Under the pieces are notes generated by a model. That model saw only the letters and a program-made list of their open reading frames with translations. It was not told where the DNA came from and searched no databases. The position numbers and the translations under genes were made by a program. Source: a virus (lineage: Duplodnaviria; Caudoviricetes). From it: 57,994 bases of DNA. This document shows positions 37,123-45,153 of the stretch, piece by piece. The DNA is taken from the IMG/VR virus record IMGVR_UViG_3300034190_001214, positions 1-57,994 of that record, one strand, 5' to 3'. Position 1 is the stretch's first letter, and every line of letters starts with the position of its first letter.

Positions 37123-39906
37123 TTATCCTGTACCATCATCAAAAGTTAATGAACTTGAATCAAGTGTAAATTGATTTGATGAGAATAGTTCAGAACTAAA
37201 TTGAGTATCTGGAATATTTGTTGGTATCTTCGCACCTTTGAATTCTGTAGTAAATGCGACAGTAGGAATTTTAGATTTGATACCAACCTCAAACTGTAAA
37301 ACACCACCCGTATCATCTTCTAATAAAATATTATCTAAATCATCACCCTGTGAAGTTTCTAATAAAAATTCTGATGGAACAGACACTTGATTGATTACAA
37401 TACCACCGATTGCGTGAAGTGGATATTTTTGATAATCATTTGTAGTATCAGACTCCGACATGATTTGTCTACCATATGCGTTTAATCCAACTGATGTTCC
37501 ATTTTCTAAAATAATCTTATCACCAGTATCTTTCCATAGAATATCGCCAGGGCCAGTGTCTTCTTCTAATTCTAAATGTCTGATGACTGGTGCCTCTGTA
37601 AACGCAGAGAGTGCGATATTTGCGATAACCTCTTTTCCGTATCCAGAACTTCTTCCATCTGGTTCTGATGATACCTCTACTTGATATTCTGATGATAATG
37701 TTACATCTCTTTCTCCTGCGGTTAATAAACCATCAGTTGCGACCATTGGTGATGAACTTAATGAACTACCATCAGTTGATGTTCCAAGTCTTCTACCAAA
37801 TACAGATGAGAATATTGTTTCGAATGTAGATGCCAGTTCTGGTGTGAATGTATCATCACCATCAAAACCACCTACCTCTGTTCCCGCAGGTTGTTTAATT
37901 TGTGCGGAAACTAAAGTTGCGACAGTTACCTTACCAAAAACTTTCCAACCTGTTGGATGAGTAGTTTTATACAATGCGTTTTTATATTCTGAAAGTGATT
38001 GACCAACTTTAATCTCATAAGAATAATCTTGATAGTAATCACCATCTTGTATTCTCATGATTGACTCACTTACCTTTCCTTTCTCATCTAAGAAATCTCC
38101 ATCTTTTGTTGAAATAATTCCTACACTTGATGTACCTGTTCCAAACGCAGCGTGTCCAATTGTCGCAGACGCTCCACTTGTAGTAACCGAAGTTCCATCT
38201 GTCCAAGTACCTGCGACTGTTAAACTTACAACAAGAAGTTGTCTATCAGAATCAAATGAAACTACTGTTCCTGTATGTGAAGTTAATGAATCCCCTACTG
38301 CGAATGTTCCAGTAATATCTTTTAATACTGCGTTTCTATAAAAAAGTAAAGTTGGAGCACTTGCGTAATTTAAACCATTGTTTGTAACTTTTAATCCTTG
38401 AACTGTACCTATTGTGTTTGAGAAAGGTTTTAACTTTGCGCCAGTACCACCAGAAGTTGTTACTGATGAAATTAAAGGTAATGATTCATAACCACTACCA
38501 GATTTTGTAATTTGTATATCTGTTATTTCACCCGCTTCACTTGCGACACTTAAATTTGCAAATGTTCCTGTTTCAACTACAATTTTATTTCCTCTGTCTT
38601 GGTCTGTAACACCTGTGTAATCTTCAAGAACAATATGGTCAGTCGCAGATATTCCACCTGCTGATACTGTTCCACTCTCTGGTGCGATTCCACCACCGAC
38701 TACTGTAACTTTCGCTTCAACACCAGAACCATTTGTTCCTGTGTTGTTAAAATTAATTACATCTCCGACTGCGAATCCTGTTCCTGCGTCATCAATAACT
38801 ATACCATCTACTGAACCTTGTCCAATACCATCAACAACAACAGTCGCGAGACTATTACCACCAGTTGAACCTGTGATTACATTTACAGTTTGTCCATCTG
38901 TATAAAGACTTCCAGTTGTGGAAACACTCGCAGATGTTACAATAGATTTGACAGTCGCTTTGATTGTTAAATCTGTTGTATTTGAAACCGCAGAGATTGT
39001 TTCTCCAGAAGTAAATGTTCCTGTGATTTGATTTTCATCTAAATCAAATTCTGTAACTGAATCTGTACCTTCAACAAATGTTAATTCAGATTCTACAAAG
39101 GCTGTTGCGTCTGAACTTTCACCAGTAATCTTTTGTCCTATAAATTCTTCTGGTGAGAAGTTAGAACCACTAACGACAACACGCATGATTCTTTTCTTTT
39201 CCCAATTACCATTAGAAGGTTTAAGTAAAAATTCATTTGGATATACAACTTCTGATTCTTCATCAAAAAGTAATCTCATTAAAGTTTTGTGAGATTCTGA
39301 AGTTCCTTTCGCAGAATATAAATCTCTAATATTTCTAATTAATTTTCTTTTATCAACACCAGTGGCGAGTTCATATGGTAACGCTTGTAGAAAGGAGTTA
39401 CGCATATTCTCAAGAAAATCATAAATGGTATTATCTGCGTCTGCGTATTCTAAAAGTTGTTGAATGTTTTGAACTGGATTACCACGATAAGAAACAATAG
39501 TTCCAGATGAACTAGATGTTGAACCTGTAATCGTTTCGCCAGTTATAAATTTTTGTTGTGCGGAAATGAAAAGTCTTTTATTACCACTATCTACATCACT
39601 TACTAAAACTGTTGCGGTCGCCTTTGAGGTTGAACCTGTAATAGTTTCACCAGCAGTAAAAGTTATTGTTGAATCTTCAGTAACAATTCTATCACCCTCA
39701 GAATCAATAATATAATTTGTTGAATCTGTTTCTTGAATTATATTGTTAATTGTTCCAGATAAAACTAACTCACCAGATTCTAAAAAACGATAATAGTCTT
39801 TTACAAACTTAACAAATAAATCATGTTCACCACGAACAAAGTCTGGTGACTGACCCTCAATTAAAGGAGAAAGTTTTTTCTTTAAAGTAGATTCATTCTC
39901 TGCCAT
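37123..39906 (-). CDS. gp7: Baseplate wedge initiator (gp7-like)
   Basis: FVKFVKDYYRFLE, IRDLYSAKGTSES...RLLF, IQDGDYYQDYSYEIK, HPTGWKVFG; between gp6 and gp9-like. Confidence 0.8.
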   Translation of the reverse strand: MAENESTLKKKLSPLIEGQSPDFVRGEHDLFVKFVKDYYRFLESGELVLSGTINNIIQETDSTNYIIDSEGDRIVTEDSTITFTAGETITGSTSKATATVLVSDVDSGNKRLFISAQQKFITGETITGSTSSSSGTIVSYRGNPVQNIQQLLEYADADNTIYDFLENMRNSFLQALPYELATGVDKRKLIRNIRDLYSAKGTSESHKTLMRLLFDEESEVVYPNEFLLKPSNGNWEKKRIMRVVVSGSNFSPEEFIGQKITGESSDATAFVESELTFVEGTDSVTEFDLDENQITGTFTSGETISAVSNTTDLTIKATVKSIVTSASVSTTGSLYTDGQTVNVITGSTGGNSLATVVVDGIGQGSVDGIVIDDAGTGFAVGDVINFNNTGTNGSGVEAKVTVVGGGIAPESGTVSAGGISATDHIVLEDYTGVTDQDRGNKIVVETGTFANLSVASEAGEITDIQITKSGSGYESLPLISSVTTSGGTGAKLKPFSNTIGTVQGLKVTNNGLNYASAPTLLFYRNAVLKDITGTFAVGDSLTSHTGTVVSFDSDRQLLVVSLTVAGTWTDGTSVTTSGASATIGHAAFGTGTSSVGIISTKDGDFLDEKGKVSESIMRIQDGDYYQDYSYEIKVGQSLSEYKNALYKTTHPTGWKVFGKVTVATLVSAQIKQPAGTEVGGFDGDDTFTPELASTFETIFSSVFGRRLGTSTDGSSLSSSPMVATDGLLTAGERDVTLSSEYQVEVSSEPDGRSSGYGKEVIANIALSAFTEAPVIRHLELEEDTGPGDILWKDTGDKIILENGTSVGLNAYGRQIMSESDTTNDYQKYPLHAIGGIVINQVSVPSEFLLETSQGDDLDNILLEDDTGGVLQFEVGIKSKIPTVAFTTEFKGAKIPTNIPDTQFSSELFSSNQFTLDSSSLTFDDGTG

Positions 39907-39911
39907 TGTAT

Positions 39912-41786
39912 TTAACTATATGATGATGTTGTTGTATATCCTGTTCCTGCAGATGAACTACCAGAACTTACAGTATCTATCTCACCAGTAATTGATGAAT
40001 TTGAAAAATCTATTTCTAATAAATTATTTCTTACTGAAACGACATCATTTGAATCTGGTTTAACAACAAGTCTTATTTGAGTACTTGTTTCACCATCAAC
40101 ATTTGAAACCCCTGTAATGTTTAACGCATTGATTGCGACTGTACCTGTAGAATATGTTACTGTCCCTGCAGTGTTGTCTGCGTAGGTTCTTGAACTACCA
40201 ACAAAGTAATATCTTCTAAGATTTCCTTGACCATCATCATCAAAGAAATATTCATTACCATCACTTCCAACATTAAATCCAGTTGAAGAAACAATACCAC
40301 CACTACTTGAGTTATGACCACTGTGTGGATTATATAATGCGTTATTAAATTCTAATGTATAATTTGTTGATGAATTTAATGTAGGTGTAAATTTTTGTGC
40401 GAGTTGTATGGTTGTAATGTTTGAATCAATCGCTTTGTTTGTACCATCTATTAATGCGACTACTTTTGAATATCTAAACACAGTATCAAATTTATTTAAC
40501 TCCGATGTATTAAAATTTTGTAATGTTGTTGTAACATCTGATACTAAATCTGAAACATCTTTTGTTGTTTCTGATGAATCATATTTAAATCGAGTAGTTA
40601 CAAATATAAATGTTGTTTCTGGGTCAACTATCACTGGAGTAACAGAAGCGACTTTTAATTTTTTCAAACCATCCACGATATTTGTTTTTTGTGTGGTTGT
40701 AAGATTCGCGCCACTTGATTGTTTAATAGAAATGAAAACCTTTCCATATTCTGCGGTAGAACTAGAAGCGTTTCCATCCTCTCCACCCCAAACTTGAATT
40801 GTAGTTGCGGCTGGGAATAAATCCTTAACTTTAACTTTATAATCACTACCAGTTACCGCACGACCTTGTGTTGCGTAATCCAGTGGTGCGTTATATTTTA
40901 TAGAAGCGAGTGATTCCGCCTCTCCACCACCTGCTGCGTTAGAAACAGTTGCGACTGTAATATCAGTAACGCCAGATATCGCTGAAGGTGCGGTAAATGA
41001 AGAAGCTCCATTCGCCTCATCTTTGTTTGTAATAACATATTGTAATATAACTACATTACCCTCTGATAAACCTTTACCAATAACACCATCACCAAACTCA
41101 ACTTCAAACTCTCCATTCTCAACTTCTTTTAAAAAGTAAACAGTAGAAGTGTCTGTAATCTGGGTTATATCAGTTGCGAGTGTGTAAGTATTTGTATCAG
41201 TATCAGTCGCAGAGTCTTGAACCTTAACTGTTAATGTACTTGTGTCAACTCTATTACTTGGAATAGTAAACTTTTGGTCTACATCACTTGGACTCGCAAT
41301 ATATTTGTTTGTTACATATGTTCCTTCAAATATTTCTAAATTTGAAAACTTTAAAACACCATCAACTGATGTAGTTGATACATCTGACTTTGAAACAAAA
41401 TTATAAGTTGTTCCGTTTACTGTTGTTGAGAATTTTGTTCCTGCGGTTATTGAAGCGCTTGAAAGATTTGTATTATTGAGAGTTACATCAATGGTCGCTT
41501 TTGGTGCGGTTGGTGATTGTGGAGTATAACCTAACATCTTCGCATGCGAAACAATACTTGAACGAAGAGCGGAACTATCTAAAAACATTTCATTCGCTAA
41601 CATATTTGCGTTGAATGCGAGATAATGAGTATTGTACGCAAGTAAGTCTAATAGTACAGACATTCCAGAACCTTCAAAATCATAATCTTTAAATTCTGTT
41701 TGTCCTTTTAAAAATGTTTTTAAATTTGTTTTGATATCATCAAAATCTAATTCGGTAACTCTAAGTCTTTTATCGTTTGTTGCCAT
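39912..41786 (-). CDS. gp6: Baseplate wedge subunit
   Basis: ELDFDDIKTNLK, DYDFEGSGMSVLLDLLAYNTHY, RAVT..DY, WGGED, YGKVFISIK. Confidence 0.95.
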   Translation of the reverse strand: MATNDKRLRVTELDFDDIKTNLKTFLKGQTEFKDYDFEGSGMSVLLDLLAYNTHYLAFNANMLANEMFLDSSALRSSIVSHAKMLGYTPQSPTAPKATIDVTLNNTNLSSASITAGTKFSTTVNGTTYNFVSKSDVSTTSVDGVLKFSNLEIFEGTYVTNKYIASPSDVDQKFTIPSNRVDTSTLTVKVQDSATDTDTNTYTLATDITQITDTSTVYFLKEVENGEFEVEFGDGVIGKGLSEGNVVILQYVITNKDEANGASSFTAPSAISGVTDITVATVSNAAGGGEAESLASIKYNAPLDYATQGRAVTGSDYKVKVKDLFPAATTIQVWGGEDGNASSSTAEYGKVFISIKQSSGANLTTTQKTNIVDGLKKLKVASVTPVIVDPETTFIFVTTRFKYDSSETTKDVSDLVSDVTTTLQNFNTSELNKFDTVFRYSKVVALIDGTNKAIDSNITTIQLAQKFTPTLNSSTNYTLEFNNALYNPHSGHNSSSGGIVSSTGFNVGSDGNEYFFDDDGQGNLRRYYFVGSSRTYADNTAGTVTYSTGTVAINALNITGVSNVDGETSTQIRLVVKPDSNDVVSVRNNLLEIDFSNSSITGEIDTVSSGSSSAGTGYTTTSSYS

Positions 41787-42242
41787 TTATCTTAATCTCT
41801 CTAATAAAATGTCTAATGTCGCTAGTTCTGTTGGTGCGTTTACGACATAAAAATCGATACTAACTTCATACGCATTTCTATCTAAATTTTCTATCGCACG
41901 AACATTAACCAATCTCGCTCTTGGTTCAAAGTTGTTTATTACATCTTCAACTTGTTTAGTTAATATTAATGCGGTAGTTGGAGTCATTGGTTCAAACAAA
42001 ATATCCATTACACCAGAACCAATCTCTGGATGAAATGGTCTTTCATAGTGATTTGTAAGAACTAAATTACGAATCGCTCGTTTAACTGCTTGTACATCTG
42101 TAACTTTGTTAATATCTTGGTTAGAACTATTTCTTTGAAAATATAAATTTAAATCCGTATATATCTTCGCACTTCTAGTAGTTTCATTTGTCTTTTGTGC
42201 GTCTGTGAATGCTCCAGATGAAAAGGTTGTATAATTCGCCAT
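41787..42242 (-). CDS. gp25: Baseplate wedge subunit
   Basis: YTDLNL.F, AVKRAIRNLVLT..ERPFHPEIGS, LFE, NFEPR, LERLR. Confidence 0.95.
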   Translation of the reverse strand: MANYTTFSSGAFTDAQKTNETTRSAKIYTDLNLYFQRNSSNQDINKVTDVQAVKRAIRNLVLTNHYERPFHPEIGSGVMDILFEPMTPTTALILTKQVEDVINNFEPRARLVNVRAIENLDRNAYEVSIDFYVVNAPTELATLDILLERLR

Positions 42243-42266
42243 TTAGTTATAGAACTCCTTAATGTT

Positions 42267-42274
42267 TATTTATA
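42267..42274 (-). promoter_or_regulatory. Late promoter TATAAATA for the gp25 operon
   Basis: Exact consensus, AAGGAG downstream. Confidence 0.78.
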
Positions 42275-42283
42275 AGGTAATAC

Positions 42284-42646
42284 TTAGTTCTCTTCAAGAA
42301 ATCTCATTACCATTTGACCTCTCACTTTCTCACTTAATTTGTTATGAAAAGTATATGTTACAAGTATTTCCTCATTAACATTAATATCTTTAGTAGTTAC
42401 CAAATACCATTTGTTCCATCCTTTTTGAATTTTTTCTGCATTTGGTTTTAATGAGTGATTATAAAATCCACCTATTGGTGTTCTAATAATTTCAGTATCA
42501 ATCTGAATGTGTGATAAACCTAATTCTGTTCCACATGGAATAAAATCAGTTGCGAATAATCCTATACCTTCTACCATACTTTCTTTAACAGTTAAGTTAT
42601 CTGGTAAAGGTCTGTACATCTCTTGGTCTGCGATATCCTTACACAT
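42284..42646 (-). CDS. Minimal SET-domain protein (putative lysine methyltransferase)
   Basis: GIGLFATDFI..G, GGFYNHS..PNA, KDI...EEILVTY: SET motifs GxG, NHS, E(E)xxxxY. Confidence 0.85.
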   Translation of the reverse strand: MCKDIADQEMYRPLPDNLTVKESMVEGIGLFATDFIPCGTELGLSHIQIDTEIIRTPIGGFYNHSLKPNAEKIQKGWNKWYLVTTKDINVNEEILVTYTFHNKLSEKVRGQMVMRFLEEN

Positions 42647-42656
42647 TTAAATCTCC

Positions 42657-43925
42657 TTATCCTTGAGTTGGCCCTCCCGTATTTGCTGGGCCAGAAGTAA
42701 CACCAGTATGTAAGTGAGTATGTAATACAATTCCGTTTGAAGAAACAGAACCACCAGTAAATGTTAAGTTGCCAGTGGCGGCGGTTTCAGTTAGTGTTCC
42801 TGTAATGTTTGTTGTTTGACTACCACTAATAGTTTCAGTAACATTACCACTTACTGTTCTCACTACATTTCCAGTAATTGTTTCATTTAGATTACCATTT
42901 ATTTTTTTATTAACATTTCCATTTTGTACATTTAGATTTACATCACCACTATCAACAGAAATATTAATACTTCCATTATCACCAATTTGAATTGTTAAAT
43001 CATTACCACTTCCACCATCTTTGTTAACATAAATCTTTTTACCTTTATCAATCGTAACGATTGAATCTTTTTCAACATGAATATGTTCGTTCTCTAAAAT
43101 TTTTGTAAAACTATCACCAACAATAGTTTCATTTTTTGTACCATCACTATTGATTTCATATCCTGTTCCAGTTCTATGAAACTCTGTTAATCTTTCTTTT
43201 GTTGGTGTATCATCTACTTCGAATATGTGACCACTTTCACTTTCTGATACATGATTGTAAGGATATGTTGAACCATAATCTGAAGTTGGTTCATTAAATG
43301 TAGACGCACTGACTGTACTGTCTGCGCCAAGTCCAGTCGAGATATGTTCTGCGGTAGGAATATCCGTATCTCTATTTGTACTTCTTCTTGATATTATTTC
43401 GTGTTGTGATGTACTATCATTTCGTGCGAGTCTATTTGTATCAGACTCACCAAGTTTTACATCTGGATAATTCTTTCTTTCACTCGCAGTGTATTCTGTG
43501 ATTGTTATTCCTGTTCCATCTGTATTATAAGTCCAAGTCTTTGGTGGATATGGAACATCAGTAGACATCGTTCTTAAATCACTAAATCCATAACGATTAT
43601 CTGCTTTGTATTTTGGTACACCAGGTAGTGTTCCCATGATAACTGGTTCTTGTTTTAATCCTGCGTCTTTCCAAAAACCAATAACCCATGTACCTTCAAC
43701 TAAATGTGATGGAGTTAATCCTAATCCATTCATTGATGTACTTGTAGTTGGTGCGAGAACCTCAGCCCAAGGTAAATCGACACTTGGTATTTGATTTAAA
43801 TCTCTTGTGTGATATCCTAAACAACGAACACGAACTCTTCCTAATTTATCTGGGTCGTTTCTATCTTCTACGACACCTATAAACCAAGAGAATCCATCTC
43901 TACCAGCAAAATAAGTTTCTTCCAT
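42657..43925 (-). CDS. gp5: Baseplate hub / central spike (gp5-like) lacking a lysozyme domain
   Basis: OB-fold WFIGVVEDRNDPDKLGRVRVRC.G.H, LPWA; YPYNHV.ESESGH..E.DDTP..ER; beta-helix V.GN repeats; C-terminal LHTHLHTGV. Confidence 0.92.
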   Translation of the reverse strand: MEETYFAGRDGFSWFIGVVEDRNDPDKLGRVRVRCLGYHTRDLNQIPSVDLPWAEVLAPTTSTSMNGLGLTPSHLVEGTWVIGFWKDAGLKQEPVIMGTLPGVPKYKADNRYGFSDLRTMSTDVPYPPKTWTYNTDGTGITITEYTASERKNYPDVKLGESDTNRLARNDSTSQHEIISRRSTNRDTDIPTAEHISTGLGADSTVSASTFNEPTSDYGSTYPYNHVSESESGHIFEVDDTPTKERLTEFHRTGTGYEINSDGTKNETIVGDSFTKILENEHIHVEKDSIVTIDKGKKIYVNKDGGSGNDLTIQIGDNGSINISVDSGDVNLNVQNGNVNKKINGNLNETITGNVVRTVSGNVTETISGSQTTNITGTLTETAATGNLTFTGGSVSSNGIVLHTHLHTGVTSGPANTGGPTQG

Positions 43926-43929
43926 AAGT

Positions 43930-44094
43930 TTATTTATTGTAGTTATTTTCTATTTCTTCTATAGTTCTACCACAACCTTCACAAACATCATTCTCATCTA
44001 ATCTACATTCACCTTGACATTCTATCAGTAGTGAATCAAAGTCTGAATTGTCTGTTGGTTGGGGTTCATCATATGTTTCAAAGTTTACACTCAT
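43930..44094 (-). CDS. DUF1289-like small Cys-rich protein (54 aa)
   Basis: Hand-translated ...ECQGECRLDENDVCEGCGRTIEEI; upstream AGGAG. Confidence 0.65.
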   Translation of the reverse strand: MSVNFETYDEPQPTDNSDFDSLLIECQGECRLDENDVCEGCGRTIEEIENNYNK

Positions 44095-44177
44095 TTACTC
44101 AACTCCTAATACTCGTATTTATACTTCTGTTAAAATCTTTATTTTTATATATATTACTGTGTTCGTTACAGAGGATG

Positions 44178-44185
44178 TATAAATA
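44178..44185 (+). promoter_or_regulatory. Late promoter TATAAATA for the + strand two-gene cassette
   Basis: Exact consensus; GGAG RBS before ATG 44217. Confidence 0.75.
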
Positions 44186-44216
44186 TACTTTAAAGAGATA
44201 CTAATTGGAGTAATCA

Positions 44217-44567
44217 ATGTCAACATATTCAACGATAAAGAACACATCCTTTGATGTTATTAGACCACCAGATTATGATAACAAAGCGACAAGAAGCGCA
44301 GCAACAGATTATCAGGCCAGTGAAAATGGATACTTACTAGTGCTTTGGAATGGTAGTTATAGAAATGGTGGTCAAATCTTTTTAGGCCCAAACACAAGTA
44401 GTTATACATCATTTCATGCGAATGGTAATGATTACAATAACAACTCATGGTATGCAGCAGGTATGGTAGTTGTTCCAAATGGTTACTATTATAAATTTAC
44501 TGTCGATGGTGTATTTTCAGAAGGATGGGAAAGTGTTACTGCATATTGGATACCAGAAGCGTCTTAG
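44217..44567 (+). CDS. Putative fibre-tip protein
   Basis: MSTYSTIK start; TDYQASENGYL...VPNGYYYK beta-rich tip-like pattern; followed by a chaperone-like gene. Confidence 0.55.
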   Translation: MSTYSTIKNTSFDVIRPPDYDNKATRSAATDYQASENGYLLVLWNGSYRNGGQIFLGPNTSSYTSFHANGNDYNNNSWYAAGMVVVPNGYYYKFTVDGVFSEGWESVTAYWIPEAS

Positions 44568-44576
44568 GAGATATTT

Positions 44577-44894
44577 ATGTTATTAAATCAAAATACATTA
44601 CACATTACAGCTATATTGGAATTAGCACCAAATTCAAAATTTCGTTTTGAAAATGGAAATGGTTATGATAATTTAGTGTGGTTAGAAGAAGATGAATCAA
44701 ACAAACCTACTGAAAGCGCTTTTGATAGTAAATTATCAGAACTACAAACAAGATATATCTCTGATGAATATCAAAGAAATCGTGTGACTGAATATCCAAC
44801 TATTGAAGAACAACTAGATAAAATATATCATGAAGGTATTGACGCTTGGAAAGCGACAATCAAAGCGGTAAAGGATAAATATCCAAAACCTTAA
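44577..44894 (+). CDS. Putative fibre chaperone (XkdW-like)
   Basis: AILEL.P, KPTE, YQRNR..EYP.IEEQLD.IYH...WK..IKAVKDKYPKP; paralog of 48636-48953. Confidence 0.65.
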   Translation: MLLNQNTLHITAILELAPNSKFRFENGNGYDNLVWLEEDESNKPTESAFDSKLSELQTRYISDEYQRNRVTEYPTIEEQLDKIYHEGIDAWKATIKAVKDKYPKP

Positions 44895-44896
44895 AT

Positions 44897-44923
44897 AAAA
44901 AAAAAGGAGTGTAAAAACACTCC
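44897..44923 (-). terminator. Rho-independent terminator closing the minus-strand structured RNA (may be bidirectional)
   Basis: GGAGTGT-N4-ACACTCC stem followed by U9 on the minus strand. Confidence 0.8.
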
Positions 44924-45047
44924 CTCTTAATTCTATCTTAAAACAAGTCTGGTGAAAAGAGAATTTTGTCTCTTTCTCCATGATTGTCTTTGATAGTTTC
45001 TTAATGCGTGTAACATTGTCATTGACCTACACCTCTCAAATTAGATG

Positions 45048-45147
45048 TATCTTTTAACGCATGACCTATGCGAGTCTTTTAATCCATGACTTATGGAACA
45101 CTTTTAACCCATGTGATATGGGAGTCTTTTTAACCATGACTTATGGT
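45048..45147 (-). repeat. 4 x 25-nt tandem repeat with palindromic cores NNCAT-N5-ATGNN
   Basis: Cores start at 45058, 45083, 45108, 45133: cgcat-gacct-atgcg, tccat-gactt-atgga, cccat-gtgat-atggg, accat-gactt-atggt. Confidence 0.9.
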
Positions 45148-45153
45148 CAGTAG

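Larger units (their letters stand above)
44897..45147 (-). ncRNA. Candidate structured ncRNA / 3' element: four tandem 25-nt pseudoknot units, a 7-bp hairpin, a long bulged hairpin and a terminator
   Basis: No ORF; compensatory changes among repeat units; G-U pairs in the 45028-45049 and 44927-45004 hairpins only work on the minus strand. Confidence 0.7.

Noticed and set aside
45048-45147. CRISPR array
   Set aside because: 25-nt period with no unique spacers; variation is compensatory within stems; no cas genes in the window.
45048-45147. preQ1-I riboswitch
   Set aside because: Shares a 5-bp stem and A-rich tail, but the 5-nt loops are too short and the element lies 3' of a gene with no downstream ORF.
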